Assembly: GCF_009914755.1 (NCBI RefSeq)
Contig: NC_060925.1
Direction: 5' to 3' (one strand)
Length of the DNA stretch: 64,000 nt
Source of the DNA: the human T2T-CHM13v2.0 reference genome, Homo sapiens
Shown: positions 1 to 17,171 of the stretch, in pieces
Layout of the letters: each line of letters begins with the position of its first letter
How positions within the stretch are numbered: position 1 is the first letter of the stretch
Translations under genes and position numbers: made by a program
The notes under the pieces: model-generated
What the model was told of the DNA's origin: nothing
The model's input: only the letters and a program-made list of their open reading frames with translations
Databases searched by the model: none

Positions 1-145
1 CTTTCCCCTGAACCTCCTCTTCATCCTTTCCCCTGAACCTCCTCTTCATCCTTTCCCCTGAACCTCCTCTTCATCCTTTCCCCTGAACCTCCTCTTCATC
101 CTTTCCCCTGAACCTCCTCTTGATCCTTTCCCCTGAACCTCCTCT
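1..145. repeat. 25-bp minisatellite (CTTTCCCCTGAACCTCCTCTTCATC) x~5.8, may extend left of window
   Basis: Four identical units at 1-100, a fifth with one C>G change, and a partial sixth. Confidence 0.95.
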
Positions 146-534
146 TTCTGTAGTTTTGCACCACAATAAATGGCAACCCAGTCCAAGTTGCTTATAACAG
201 AAAGAGGCGGGTCATCCATAATTCTTTTTTCTCCTCCCTTCCCCCATTCAACCCTGATACAAGGTCCAGCTAATCCTACCTCTAACGTGCTCACTGGACT
301 TGTCCATGCTCTCCACTTCCACTGTGGTCCACATCACCCTTGTCCCTCCCTTTTATGATGATTGTAACCAGTCTCCTTGCTCTCACTCTTATGTCCTCCA
401 ATCTACGTTCCTTACAGTTGCCAGCGATTTTTAAAAATTAGTAATTATTTTATTTTCTATAGCGTAGCAGTAAAAAGAATGGGCTGTGCAGCCAGACAGA
501 TGGGATAGTTATCTATTGCTGCATCTCATCACTT

Positions 535-962
<428 letters not shown>

Positions 963-964
963 AT

Positions 965-1150
965 GTCTTCTGTGGTCAGGAATCTGGGCATACCTGAGCT
1001 GGGAGCCTCTGCCTCAAGGCCTGCCACAAGTCTGCAATCAAGGTGTCAGCCAGGGCTTTGGTCTCATCTGAAAGCTGAACTCGGGCAGGATCTGCATCCA
1101 AACTCATTCAAGTGGTTGGTGACAGGATTCATGTGCCTATGGTTGGAGCC
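965..1150. mobile_element. MaLR (MLT1-like) LTR fragment
   Basis: TTCTGTGGTCAGGAATCTGGG...GCAATCAAGGTGTCAGCCAGGGCT...CATCTGAA resembles MLT1 consensus (from recall). Confidence 0.6.
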
Positions 1151-1653
1151 CTCATTGAGTGAATTGCCCCACGGGCTGCTGGTGTCCATCATCAGCTGTG
1201 CCCTGACATGTTTGGCACAGATCAGGCTCAGTAAATGTTGAGTTATCCTGATGTTAAAGTGGAATTGCGGTGGTAAATATGCTGTCTCTGTCTTCCCGTC
1301 ACTGGTGATACCCAGTTCGAGGCTGGATCACATCACTGTCCTCTTCTACATCCTTCAATGGCTTCCATCCCATTGAAGATAAAACCAAATTCCCGCTGGT
1401 GCCCAAGGCCCTGCCAGCTGTCCCACTGAGCTTCGAGTGCACCAGTCTGTTTCTCATTTTGGGGTCTGCACACCATTCAACTCTGCCTGGCTAACTCCCA
1501 CTTATTCTCCAGGTATAAGCTTAATTACTACTTCCTCAGAGAAGCCTTCTTTGAATGCTTAATCTAAATTAGATCCCCTGGTATATATTTCCATAACACA
1601 TTGGATTGTACTTACTACAGCTTGAAATTATATCTTTATGGTGTTTTTGATTA

Positions 1654-3199
<1,546 letters not shown>

Positions 3200-3551
3200 T
3201 TTTTGGTCTGGGCTGGGTATATAATGAACACCTTTCTAAAATATGCGACTGAGAGCCAAGTTGAAGCACAGACTAATCTTTTAATCCGTACACTTAAACA
3301 CCCATCTGGGCAACAGCAAAATCAGAAGTCTGCCATGCTCAATACATTTTCTTATGCCACCAAGACATTTTAAACATGTAAATAAAACAAACAGAAAGGT
3401 GGTAATCATATCCTTAGAAGCTGAATCTTGAATACAAAAACTTTAAATTGTTCCCTATTTCATCTTTATTCATTGCTTTAATTTTCTTCCATTTGGCCAG
3501 TCTCTTGCTAAATTAACATTACAGTCTGATTTTCTGAGTCTGTCATTCTAA

Positions 3552-4266
<715 letters not shown>

Positions 4267-4469
4267 TGAAGTTTCTTTTTGCCATATATTGTTTAGGTCT
4301 ATTCTTACTGCCAGGTCCTGATCCTGTTTGTTGCTGCTAGTTTATTGGGCAGAGAGAAGCAAGAGTCTCGTAACTTTGGCTGGGAACATTTAGTTACTCC
4401 TAACCACAGTTCCGTCTTTACCTGGTACTGCAGGAATGAAGGCAGACAACAGAGTAGGGATAAAAGCAG

Positions 4470-4690
4470 GAGCTCTGCAGCCAGAATGCCCAGGTTAAAA
4501 TCTGGCTTCCTCGACAACCAGCTGTGACCCTTGGCAAGTGACTTAATCCTTCAGTGCCTCGGAATCCTCATCTGTGAAATGGGGTTAAAAATACACTCCC
4601 CTCAGAGGGTTTTTGAGATAAAATAAGTTAATTTTCATAAACCACTTGGAGCAGTTTCTAGCCCATGGTAACTATTACCTACATGCTTAT
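4470..4690 (+). mobile_element. MIR SINE
   Basis: Core GCTGTGACCCTTGGCAAGTGACTTAATCCTTCAGTGCCTC...CTCATCTGTGAAATGGGG. Confidence 0.8.
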
Positions 4691-5310
4691 TAAATATCCT
4701 TATTTCTTTTTTGGAGGTTTTTAAAAAATATTTTTCTATCTCCATGGCTACACCCTCCTGCTAGAACCTAAGGATACTGAATCTATGGAGCATATTCAAG
4801 ACCTGTGACTATTCCATGTCAGATATGGACGAGTAACAGAGCGTTGCTGCGCATTAAGTATGTCGTCTACAAAATGGTGCAAGTCCTGCATGCCTACCCT
4901 TTGGAGAAAAGAGTGCAATCTCTCTGCGCTAACCCACAAACACACACAAAACCTTTCCAAATCATCCTGTCAGAGATGTACTTTCACTTCAGAGAATAAT
5001 TCTGTCCAACTTAGAGATTTTGTTGTTTCTGGTAATATACCACAGCATCTCACCTAAGAGTTTGCTTATTACAGATCAGAACACATTTGAACTCTAGGCT
5101 TTACGTGCAGAACACACGGAAGGTGATGCCATCAGGCTACTACCAAAGGACCCTTCTTCCAGTGTCTCAAATATATGGATTTTATAAATAAGAAACATTT
5201 CTGATTAATCAGCATTGTAGGTTCAAGTAAAAAAAAAAAACTGGCATAGAATTCTAGTCTTCCTACTTAATTTCCTAATGATTCTTGGTGTCCTTGTCAG
5301 AAAATTATTA

Positions 5311-5607
5311 TTTTTTTCTTTTTTTTGAGACAGTCTCGCTCTGTCTCCTAGGCTGGAGTGCAGTGATTCGATCTCAGCTCACTGCAACCTCCGCCTCCCA
5401 GGTTCAAGCGATTCTTCTTGCCTCAGACTTCTGAGTAGCTGGGATTACAGGTGCCCGCCACCACGCCCGGCTAATTTTTATATTTTTAGTAGAGATGAGG
5501 TTTTGCCATGTTGGCCAGGCTGGTCTTAAACTCCTGACCTTGGGTAATCTGCCTGCCTTGGCCTCCCAAAGTGCTGGGATTACAAGAGTGAGCCACTACA
5601 CCCGGCT
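5311..5607 (-). mobile_element. Alu (S-like), TSD AGAAAATTAT
   Basis: Alu consensus and flanking direct repeat. Confidence 0.95.
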
Positions 5608-6060
5608 GAGAAAATTATGTTTTGAAGTTCACTTTACTTTGAACGAGTCCTTTATCTGGAATTGTTCAATACATAGTTTGAGTTTATTGAACAGTCCAGT
5701 TCTTATGCCCCTTGGAGATTTTATAGTGGGGTCTTTGAAGGAAGTGCAAAGTAGGATCTCATCAAATGACTCTAGATGGTGAAATATATGTGGTCTCCAG
5801 TCAGCAACTATCAATCTTGGATGTACAAACAGCATTAAATGCCATCAATAATCCAAGTGAATACTAAGGGAATCATGATTCAAAGTAAGCTAAACAGAAC
5901 CCAAGAACAGATAAAAATGCACCTTCGTTGGGGACAGTGTGGCCTAGGTAACCGACGGGTTATTGCCCTGATGAGAGGTGAGAGAGACACACCATCCCAG
6001 GACAGAACACTCACCCGCCTGTCCTCAGAGATGAAATGAGATGCCAACACTTTTTTTTTT

Positions 6061-7236
6061 GAAACTAAATACATTTTAATAGAAAACAAAATACAAAATA
6101 ACTCTTTTCAGAAAACAGAAATATTTAATCCTTTTTCCACAAATTAGAACTTGCTTTATCCTCAGAGCATAGTTTGATATGCGTGCGTACATACTTACGA
6201 TTTGTTTCACAAAGTGTTCATTAGACTGGTATTGCAGTGCAGGACGTGGGAGCAGTTCATTGCAGGAGAAAAAGACGTGGAAAAAGCCACACCTCTGAAT
6301 GGTCATTCAGAAATTCAACATTTTTCTAATTCTATCTTGTTACTTATTACTCCAAATTATTCTTTATCATAATCTTTCTTTTGAGGGGAGAGAATTATTA
6401 AGAGAAGTGCAGCTTTGGAAAGAATTTTTCTTTCCCACCATCACTGCAGGAGCCCAAAGTGTTCTCAATCAAACCCACCCACCCACTTCCAGAAACATGT
6501 CAGCCAGGGTGATCAATCTGTCACCCGAAATTTCCCTTTCTCCCAATACACTGTGCTACCAAATTCTCTGAATTCCCTGAACCTCAAAATTCCAAGTATC
6601 AAAACCAGTGCCAGGAGTCAAACCTGAAAGATTAAAAGCAGAGAAGGTGCCCTCTGCCAGTGCTAGGTTTCCTCATGTCAATAATAATAATAATTATAAT
6701 TATAATAACAATAATTAAAAAAAATCCTGGTTCTCTGTAATTACGGAAAAGGAAAGACTATTTGCCAGGATCATGCCCTCCCCTTTCCTCATTCCCGCCC
6801 CACATCCCTCTGCCAACAAGGACTTCCCTCCCACCTGAGGGCTGGACCATGCGTGACCCCTGCGGCGCCACTTCTCCTGAGGGTGCTCTACAGCCGCCCT
6901 CTAACCAAACCTAGCCCCAGTCAGATGGTGAAAATGAGAGACAGGAAGGTGCTCGCATGCGCGAGGTCACGGCAGAGTCTCCATGAGGACTTGTGAGTGA
7001 CCTCCAGGGCACTCTAATTCTTGATCACTCATCATTGCCTCTCTCCTGTTCCCCTCCCCAACCTTGGCCTTCGACACTGGGGGGCTGAGTGAAGGGGGAC
7101 CTGCCCGGAATGAGGGCCCAGGAGAGAGGGGAGGAGGGGGCTCTTTCACAGTCAATGATTCAATCTCAGCTCATTGAAGGATTGCAACTGGAGGCTTTCC
7201 ACTGTTACCCCAGTCCGTTCCAACAAAGTTAAAAAA
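6061..7236 (-). other. TAF5L: TAF5L 3' UTR (long isoform)
   Basis: Repeat-free sequence between the stop codon and the ATTAAA; contains a (UUA)n/U-rich tract at 6679-6724. Confidence 0.65.
6075..6080 (-). terminator. TAF5L: Probable TAF5L polyadenylation signal ATTAAA (cleavage near 6061)
   Basis: TTTAAT on + strand about 1.16 kb beyond the stop, U-rich upstream sequence; a genomic A10 run follows on the minus strand (6051-6060). Confidence 0.6.
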
Positions 7237-8034
7237 TTAATGTTCCTGATTTTCTTGTGTAATTCCAGTCACCAGAAGAAGGTTACAGGCCATGAACTGC
7301 ACGCTCAGGACGTTGCTCATCTGCCCGGTGTACACGCCCACGAGCTCGCTGGAGGAGCCGTCGGCAGGTGCACTGCAGTAAGTGTTCCTGATGTCCCAGA
7401 CGCGCACCGAGTTGTCCATGGAGGCAGAGGCAATCAAGCCGCTGTCTGGACTGAAGGTGAGGCTGGTGATATTGTCTGTGTGGCCTCTCAACTCTTTATA
7501 AAGGGTCCCAGAGGCCAAGTCCCACAGCTTCAACCGCTGGTCCTCGCCAGCAGACGCCAAGTACTTACCGTTGGGAGAAAAGGCGAGAGAAAGCACGGGG
7601 CCACGGTGGCCTGTGAAAAGCCTCACCGAGTTCCCCTGCTGAGCACTCCACAGCCGGACGGTCTTGTCGGTTGAGCCCGTGGCCAAGTAGTTTGAATTAG
7701 GGTGGAATTTGACACAGTCCACATCTGCCAGGTGTCCTGCATATATCCTCAGCGGGTACGTCCGATCAAATGACCACAGCCTGGCGGTGCGGTCGTGGGA
7801 CCCGCTGGCGAAGTACAGGCTATATGGACTGATGTCCAGATCCCACACAGGATAGGCATGTCCTTGGTACAACACAGTGTTGGTGAAACTCCCCAGATCC
7901 CAGTATCTGATGGACATGTCTTCAGAACAAGAGAGCAACCCTGAGCTGTCCGCGAGGAACCTCGTGCTGTACACTGGTCCGCAGTGGCCCCGCAGTATCT
8001 TCATCTCCGTGCCTGCATTATCATCCTCATCATC
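7237..8034 (-). CDS. TAF5L: TAF5L last coding exon (aa 325-589; WD40 repeats)
   Basis: Acceptor TCCCAG|GAT at 8034, TAA at 7237-7239; [17 protein letters not shown]... with repeated GH...WD motifs; 798 nt, phase 0. Confidence 0.98.
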   Translation of the reverse strand, partial: DDEDDNAGTEMKILRGHCGPVYSTRFLADSSGLLSCSEDMSIRYWDLGSFTNTVLYQGHAYPVWDLDISPYSLYFASGSHDRTARLWSFDRTYPLRIYAGHLADVDCVKFHPNSNYLATGSTDKTVRLWSAQQGNSVRLFTGHRGPVLSLAFSPNGKYLASAGEDQRLKLWDLASGTLYKELRGHTDNITSLTFSPDSGLIASASMDNSVRVWDIRNTYCSAPADGSSSELVGVYTGQMSNVLSVQFMACNLLLVTGITQENQEH

Positions 8035-8554
8035 CTGGGAACAGTGGGGTGGGGTGGGAAAAGAAACACACACAAAAAATGTTCAGTGGTCTGACAAGGA
8101 AAACAAGTCCAGGAGAAAAAAAAGTAGAGAACTGAGACTGCTTGGGAAATAGCATCTATCCAGCAAATGACAGTGGCCTTGCCCTTGAACGCTACCCCAG
8201 GAAGATAACTCATAACTGAATAAAAGTCTCTTACGACTTACAAATTGCTCCCCTTAAATTCACCTTGCAGCTCAGACTATATCAGATTAAAAGATACAGA
8301 AATGCAAGGCCATTACAGAGTAATGACTGTGGACCTTACCCTTTGATTGAGGATAGCTTGTATGGTTAATTCTGATGTGTGCCATTTGAAAATATTTACT
8401 TTTGAATTTACGTGAGGCTCTTAGATTGTTCTATTCTATGGGCATTGCCTTCATCCATCAGTTTTAGCTGCTTTATAAGCCATACTGCTGTTTTTACTCC
8501 ATTTAACTGACAACAACATTTCGTTAAGTCCTGACATGTTCCTTACTCCCATGA

Positions 8555-9269
<715 letters not shown>

Positions 9270-11049
9270 TTAGCCAAAATAAAACCTGGATGTTTAAGAA
9301 TTAACACTAAGCTAGAAAGGTACAGTTACTAGTAAATCACAGCTCCCCCTGCCTAGTGACCAGCCACAAACTGCTTAGTGTTTCAAAATAAATAAGAATG
9401 AAGTTTTTAAAGTGACTTTCTGGAGGGTCTCAAAAAACATCTCCCCCAAAGTAACAAAACAAGGTGTGGATTCAGAAGTGCTTTAAGCAAAGCCAAGCGA
9501 TTCATGTGATTCTTCGAAATAATTTCCTGTGTGTGACGACAGAAAAGACGGCAACTAATGGTACTCAGAAAGAGTCCTCTTTCCTGGTCCTCTCCCCACA
9601 AGTATACCATCTGTTTTCAAAATTCATTTCCCTTTATTCCCACATAGATAAACTCCTCAAAACTACAGCTGTCTCTTCTGTCCCAGAATTCATCAATTAA
9701 AATGGGTTTTAATTAAACACCAGAAGAAAGGAGTATGATGAAGATCCCCAAACCAGTCAGCTTTGTTGGTTCATTGTGGCAGCCTTAGGTTCTTGTATAA
9801 GAAAAGGGCACCTTTTTTTTCTACTTGAAAATAGTTAAATTCAAAATAAAATGAATGCCTCCCATGTGTACATATTTAAGAAAAAGTTGAGAGAAAATAA
9901 ACACTGATGTTCATGAATATTCACAATGGCTATTCCAAACACTCAACATTAAAAATACATTAAGTATTTGGGAGCTTAAGGGTCTACTGAGTGCTACCAA
10001 GAATATTAGTAATTTTCCTTTCCAAAGAAGTTACAACAACACTTTAAAATTTCAAGAATGACTCACTGCTCTACACCAGAAAGTTTATATAAAGACTGTG
10101 GGAACAAAAATGACACCAGATGAATTAAACAAAGATCCTGTGAAAGTTAACTGTGAATTAAAGGACATGTTACTGCCTCTGAGGTGTAAGTGGTCTTCAT
10201 TTGGAACAAGAAGCTATGGAAGTGGCCTTCACCTCCTCAGTGGTGAAGGCATCACAATTGGAGATGAAGGTGCATGGGCTAGGAGCATGGGCTGGGAGTC
10301 CAGCTGGTGCTCCCCAGGGATCTTGATGATTGTCCCAGGCTGGTGGAAACGTGTCCAGCTGACTCTGTAGACCAAGGAATGGAGAAACCAGAATGTTCCT
10401 GTTGGCTATCACTGTCAGCCCTCTGCCAGGACCACAGCTTAAAATAACCCAGCCACATTTTCTGTGTGGCTCAACCAGTCCCACACGGGCCTCAGCACGG
10501 TCGAGCAGCTGATTTACAAGGGCCCAACGCCATGGGTTTTCACTTCTCTCTCCTGCCGACAGGATAATACCATACCCTACGATTCAGCCTGAATACTCCA
10601 CAGTAATTGGGTATGCATCCCAAATAGAAATGTTTAATTTGTAAAGCATATTCATGTAATAATAAATCTTATTATATACATTATGAAACACACATGAAAT
10701 AGAAATTTAACAAGAAAAATAAACATAAAGAGATCAAGTATCATCTCATGCACCCTTGTGCTGTAGTTTGCTGCCCCTGCTCTGGACTATGGAGTCCCTA
10801 AAACCTCAGATTTGTTATGGCCGTCTGCTCCTGGACTCTGAGGCTCCAACTACCTCAGAGCTCACACTCACGTTTCCCCCAGACCAGGGGTCCTTTCTTG
10901 GGGTCTGGAATTTAGCCTCCATCTATTCTCTAATTAGCTGTCAGTGGAACAGGAAGACATTAAATTTGGCTGGACTTGTGAGTGTATTAGACTTGGAAGC
11001 AAGTGAATCACTGCTATCTACGTGGGAGATGACAGCAGCCTGAACTAGA

Positions 11050-11320
11050 ACAGAAAAGTTGGATACTGGCTAGCATGAATTGACATGTGCTGTTCATGTA
11101 AAATACATATCAGATTTCTAAAACTTAGGACCAAAAGAGATGTATGTAACAGGTTTCATGAATGATTTTTTATATTGCTTACATGCTGAAATAATTTGTT
11201 CATATTAGTTTGAATGAAATACATCATTAAAATTAACAAATTTTTAACCTTTTTAGATGTGGCTACTAGAAAAATTTAAATTACTATATGGCTCACATCA
11301 TATTCCCATTGGATAGCATT
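11050..11320. mobile_element. hAT-Charlie MITE (MER33-like)
   Basis: GTGGCTACTAGAAAAATTTAAATTACTATATGGCTCACATCATATTCCCATTGGATAGCA resembles the MER33 end (from recall). Confidence 0.6.
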
Positions 11321-11628
11321 AATCTAAATGACAATTTGATACACAGATTATAGAATTGAGTATTGCTGCTAATATTGCCTTCTTTACTTTTCAAACCTAA
11401 AGAAGACCAGATTGGGGGCAAAACCACCAGACATATAAATGAATTGCACACAGCTGTTTTATTGCTGAGTTAAGGAGGCGGGTGCTGGTAGTGATAAGGG
11501 TAGCTGCATACACACAGCTGAAAAGAAAGAAGAGCAAATCCTTGGTTTGGTATCTCTGTGGTTTTGCCATGTTGCTCAAATATTAAAAATACATAGGTAT
11601 CAATCAACAGGGGTAAGGGTTGGATATC

Positions 11629-11933
<305 letters not shown>

Positions 11934-12212
11934 AGATATCATTTCTATCTCCATTTCATATAGAACAAAAGATGGAGAATGAAGGTTTCACTCTTCATCT
12001 CAGTGTCTGAAACAGGAGGAGGGCTGCTCATACCAAGGTAAAAAGCAAGGGACTGCTATGTCACTTAACACCTTTCCAAAGGTTAACCTAGATGATCTTT
12101 AAGTGGGAGACAACAGAAGCTACAGGACAGTGCTGTGAATTCAGTTTTATTTGGCATAATTAACAGAGAAAATTTTAAGCTTACATAGAAGATTTTGGTT
12201 ACTGTTATCCTG

Positions 12213-12753
12213 TTTTTTTTTTTTAAACTGAGATATAATTACATACTATATAATTCTTTCAAAGTGTACAATTCAATGATTTTTAGTACATTCACAGAGT
12301 TGTGCAATGATCACCACTATCTAATACAGAACATTTTCATTACCTCACAAAGAAATGCCACACCCATTAGCGGTCACTCTCATTCTCCTTGCCCAGCCCC
12401 TGGCAACCACTCCTCTCCTGTCTGTCTCTATGGACTTGCCTATCTGGATATTTCCTATGAAAGGAATAACAGTAGGTGACCTTTTATGACTGGCTTCTTT
12501 CACGTAGCATAAAGCTTTCAAGTTCATCCATGTTGCAGCCTGCATCAGTGCTTCATTTCTTTTTATGGGCAAATAATATTCCACTGCATGCACACACTAC
12601 ATTTTATTTATTCATTCATCTTGATGGCCATTTGGACTGTTTCCACTTTTTGGCTATTGTGAATAATGCTTCCATAAATATTCATGTACAAGTGCCTGTG
12701 TGCACATGTTTTCCATTCTCTTGGATATATGTCTAGAAGTGGAATTGCTGGGT
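12213..12753 (-). mobile_element. L1 (L1MB-like) 3' end fragment
   Basis: AAAGTGTACAATTCAATGATTTTTAGTACATTCACAGAGTTGTGCAA...CCACTTTTTGGCTATTGTGAATAATGCT...GGAATTGCTGGGT, typical old L1 3' end. Confidence 0.85.
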
Positions 12754-15132
12754 GTGAACACCGTTTCAAATACTGTAGAAATACTGTATTCACTGATTTA
12801 TGTAATAGTTATTGCTTCAAAAAGATGAAAGCAGAGAGTGCAAGCTGGCTTTTTAATCTGACTTACATAGTGATTTTGTACTTTCTATCATCTCATTAAT
12901 CCATGTGGCTTCACCACTTGCTTTTACCTGTTTGGTTTCTCTAGGTATGTGAGTTTGTGGCTCCTGTATTAAGAGTCTCTATTTTATTTTTTTTAATATT
13001 CAATATTTCATTTCAAAATAATAGTCTGTTTTAATTATGCATTCTATAAGGGAAAAAGAAAAGTCCAAATTTTCACTGGAGAAACATTAAACACCAACTA
13101 TCGTAACTAATTTATGCCTGGCTTTCTCCCCAAATGCTTGTTGTCAGAAACCAAAAAGAAAACTTCTCAAATTGCTGTGATAAAATGGGCGGGCATGCAG
13201 GAAGCCCCTCAACAACAGAATAGGAGAATCTCAGCTTTAGTTCTTAAGTTTAAAAAAAAGGTTTATTCTTAAAAAGGGCAGAGGTTAGCTAGCATCTACA
13301 GTACTTTCAGTATGAACCATGATGGAAAGCCAGAAATGCTTAAACAAAACCACCATTCCAATGACGTCTTTTGCTTTCTTCTTGATGGACATCCAACTGT
13401 TTAAGCCTGAAACACAAACGTCACCCTTGATGCTTGCTCTCCCTTATCCCCTACAGTAATTGAATAACCGAGCTCTTCTCTAGTCCATCCATGTCTCCTT
13501 TGCCACTGCCACTACCCTAGTTTGGCCGCCATAATTGCTCATATAAGACAGTGTCACTACATCACTTCCTGTCTTGGCCCCTCTCCTAACTCCAGCCATA
13601 CTTAATTTCTTTCAGTTCCTGGAATTCCGCATGCGGTTCCTCACTTCTGAGTCTTCAGATACACTTCTGATACCCGGAAATAAACATAGGACAAGCCACA
13701 GAGCTAGTTACCAGTAGTGGCCAGAGTCTTAAAATGTTTTATTTTGGTCTACTGTTATCAGATGTCATAATGCTATCTTCTTTAATATTAATTTTTAATG
13801 CACAGAATAATCTCCAAACTCTGTATCATCAAAGCTAATAAGGTCAGTGTAATTTTTTTTTGTATTTACAGAAAATCGAAAGCAAATGCAGGCAGTATTC
13901 CTCAGTTTTATCAGAAGAACTCCCAAAAAGGGAACTGTCTCCAAGGAAAAGAGATGTTTGAAAATTCAAATACAAATGTAATAAAAAATATTTTGGAGAG
14001 TACTATAAAATTCTAGAAATTAAAGCTTCTACATGGGAATCTAGACTCTTCACTCATCACAAGGAAATCCTTCAATTATACTGTCTCGGTTGCAAGAATC
14101 AAAAATTCAAAGGCCATCCTAACTGGAAGTGGACTCAGAAAACAGGAACAGGAAAACAATGGTTTAATTTAGGGCACCCAATATTCTTGACATCCTTATC
14201 ATTAACTGTAATTTAATTAGAGTGATTTTTTTGCTCCTTAATTATTCAACATTGTGTAAAGAATTTTCCATCCAAAGTAATGTGAGGCAGAGCTACCTGA
14301 ATTTCAGTGGTGATAAGACAAAAATACTTTGGCCCACAGCTTTTTCAGGACCACTCTAAAGAAAAGTTAATGCTGTGAAGTTTAATTTCTATCTTCCTTG
14401 GCCCACATTTTTTCTAAAGTAGTGATTTTTGGTGACCTGAAACCCAAGCTGCGCCTGCCCTTTTCAATGACTGTCCTAAACGGTTACAAGCCAAACAAGA
14501 TTGAACACTGACTGACGGGGGGAGGGGAGCTGGCAACTCTACTTCCTGTGTTACTTCTCCAAGTGGGGTCTGGGAACACCCCGGGGTACATGGAGCCACA
14601 GGATATGCACTGGCCTCAGAAAGCCAATACCATCCATCCAGTGTGGTGAGGGTGCAGGGATGCCAGTATTCTTACTACTGTTGCTGAGACTGTGAAATGG
14701 CACAACCTTCTGTGGGGAAAATAATATTCATTACAGTTGACAATGGAGGCCCTTCGACTCAGTTATCCTACTACCGATTATTTGTACCTGAGCAAATGTG
14801 CACACACATAAGTGTATATTTACTGCAAATCTCAGCTAAAGTCAATATTAGCTAAAGGTCTTTCATTAGGCTTAGTGTTGCTATCCACATTTCACATAGT
14901 ATAAATACTGACCATTCATTAATAAGAAGTTAATGCTGCTAAAAATTGTTTTTGCATCTTAGGTTAGGCATGTGCAGGAATTCAATGGCTACAGGTAACA
15001 TGTCATTAGTCTGGCTTTAGCTATATGATGAGGGAAACTAGGAAGTCCATTCTAAGATATGTCGTGTTTGGTAAGGACATTCTAAGGAAATTAGGAAGGC
15101 GGGTGCAGGGAAGAAAAAAATGGTATTCATAC

Positions 15133-15857
15133 CTCCTCCTCCAGAATATCACAAGCCAAATGGATGCGGGACACGTCTACTTGGTGGGGCTCTGATTTTA
15201 ACTTCTTGGATCGTAAACTCCAAAGTTTTATACAGGAGTTGTCAAACCCAGCAGCAAGCAGCTTGCTATCGGGGGAGATTTCTGCAGTGTTCAACAGCTG
15301 CTCTGTGTTATAGAAGGCATAGAAGCAGATGGTAGTGAGGGAGGGAGGCCCATCCTTGACGCGCTTAATGCTCTCCTGTAAGACCTCTAGGGCAGCCTCG
15401 TTCTGCAGAATAGGGCTGGGCATGTCAGGGGGCTCCAAACCGTTGTTCTCACTGCGGGAGGAGCTGCCACTGGCATACAGCTGATAGTCTGTTCTCTTGG
15501 CAGGCTGCACGTCAAGATGAATATGTAAGGTGAGGACTTTGCACAGGGCAGTATTGTTGTCACTTTGGAGGTAGCGGATAAGGTAGTTGTAGCTGTCTTC
15601 TTGGAGACGGACCACGTACTTGTTATCTAGGAATGCTCGAAGCTTGAAGTTAGATAGGATGTCCTGGATGGTTTGAGTGGTCTGTAGCTGCTCAATGACA
15701 TCCTTCTGGCTAGCATTCTGCAGAAACATTCCATGGAAGCGGCTGTAAAAACTTTCCACTGTGCTCTTCGGACTGTTTTGGACCAGGTTGAGATGGAGGT
15801 AGACAAAGAGAGGATAGAGGAGAGGCATCACTTCGTGGCTATGCTGGGAATCAGAAT
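15133..15857 (-). CDS. TAF5L: TAF5L coding exon (aa 83-324; TFIID_NTD2-like domain and first WD repeat)
   Basis: Acceptor TTATAG|AT at 15857, donor GAG|GTATGA at 15133; 725 nt; DSDSQHSHEVMPLLYPLFVYLHL...LLAAGFDNSCIKLW. Confidence 0.98.
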
Positions 15858-16195
15858 CTATAATGAAAGAAAAAGAAGGCTTTATAATCAGCATAATCTT
15901 ACAGAATAACGTGATCCCTCCTGGGGATCACCACCATCATATAATGCTTTCTTGCCAGGACCCCATTTTTTAAGAGTACTGATTGAACTATAAGCCCAAC
16001 ACAGGATTCTGGAATTTCAAAGGCCTTTTGATTGAAGAAAGAGCATGAACTCTGAAGTCCAGCAAATCAGGGCCTGAAGTTGGGCACAACGCAGGAACTT
16101 AATGCCCAGAGTGGTTAAGTGACTTGCCAGAGTTCACAACAATACAGTGGCTTGTACCCAGGTCTTCAAGATTTAGTATTTTTTCCCAATATGTT

Positions 16196-17171
16196 AGTGT
16201 TTCTTCAAATTGGGGACCTCAGATATCTGAGGGTACTTAGACATATTCTTGGAAGATTGAGTTCTTCACAATTTTTTAATGTGATGATAATATAAAAAAT
16301 AATCAACACACAGTATATTCAGAATTATCTGGATGTCCACTTAACAAGTAAGTACTGACAAGTGATTTTAGTGCTCTAGTTTGTGTTTTGTGATTACTTT
16401 TGGCATCCATTGTCTCAAGTAAAATCAAAGCACTTATTTTAGTGGGCTCATTAACATGTCTGGTTATACAGGCTGGCGTGTCCTGTGTTAACATGACAGC
16501 CTTCATTAACAATTGTCTCATCAGCATATTCATTCTGATTTTGTTGGTTAACAAGTTAAATTCTCTTTTGCAGTGATAATTTACAAATAAGACCATTTTA
16601 CGTCATTAAGACTCAACTACTTACTAACTTGGGAGTTTAGCGCCATGAAACTGTAAGACAGAGAATGTTATTTAAAAGGTGTACAGATTGAATTCATGGG
16701 TGAATGAGAAAAGAACAGAGGTATAATTGACACCTAAATAAGTGCTTAAGGCATGCTGTGAGGGAGCAAAGGTTTCGATGTGATTCATACACAGTGGGGA
16801 GACAGCAGGGCCACTGCAGGGCAGAAGCCCCCCAAGGAGCTGAGACCAGCCCGTGTCACAGTCACCAGTGCTGTCCAGATGCCTGCTTGCAGTAGCAAGG
16901 TAGTTCTGGCAAAATCCATCCGTTACATTCACTCAGTGTTATTTTCAACTTGACTGCCTTTGGGGTTTTGCTTGTCCCTTATCTGTAATGAGTCTGGGTT
17001 TCATAAAGAAATATAATAAGCATAAAGGTTTTAGATCTAGTGTAATGTTTGTACATATTTAAATAAATTAAAATAAAAATGTTTTAAGTCAGCACTTATG
17101 TTCTGGTAGCATTTTTTTTTTTTTTTTCATGAAAAGGCATCAATACAGGGTTTAAGACTGAGGAATACTGC
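16196..17171. mobile_element. Possible old hAT-Charlie-type DNA transposon remnant
   Basis: Degenerate terminal inverted repeats TAGTGTTTCTTCAA ... TGAGGAATACTG. Confidence 0.4.

Noticed and set aside
1-145. CRISPR-like array or 82-aa ORF (46-294)
   Set aside because: Units are contiguous with no unique spacers, the context is eukaryotic, and the ORF is just translated repeat
7174-8152. Plus-strand ORFs of 166 and 91 aa
   Set aside because: Antisense shadows of the TAF5L WD40 exon
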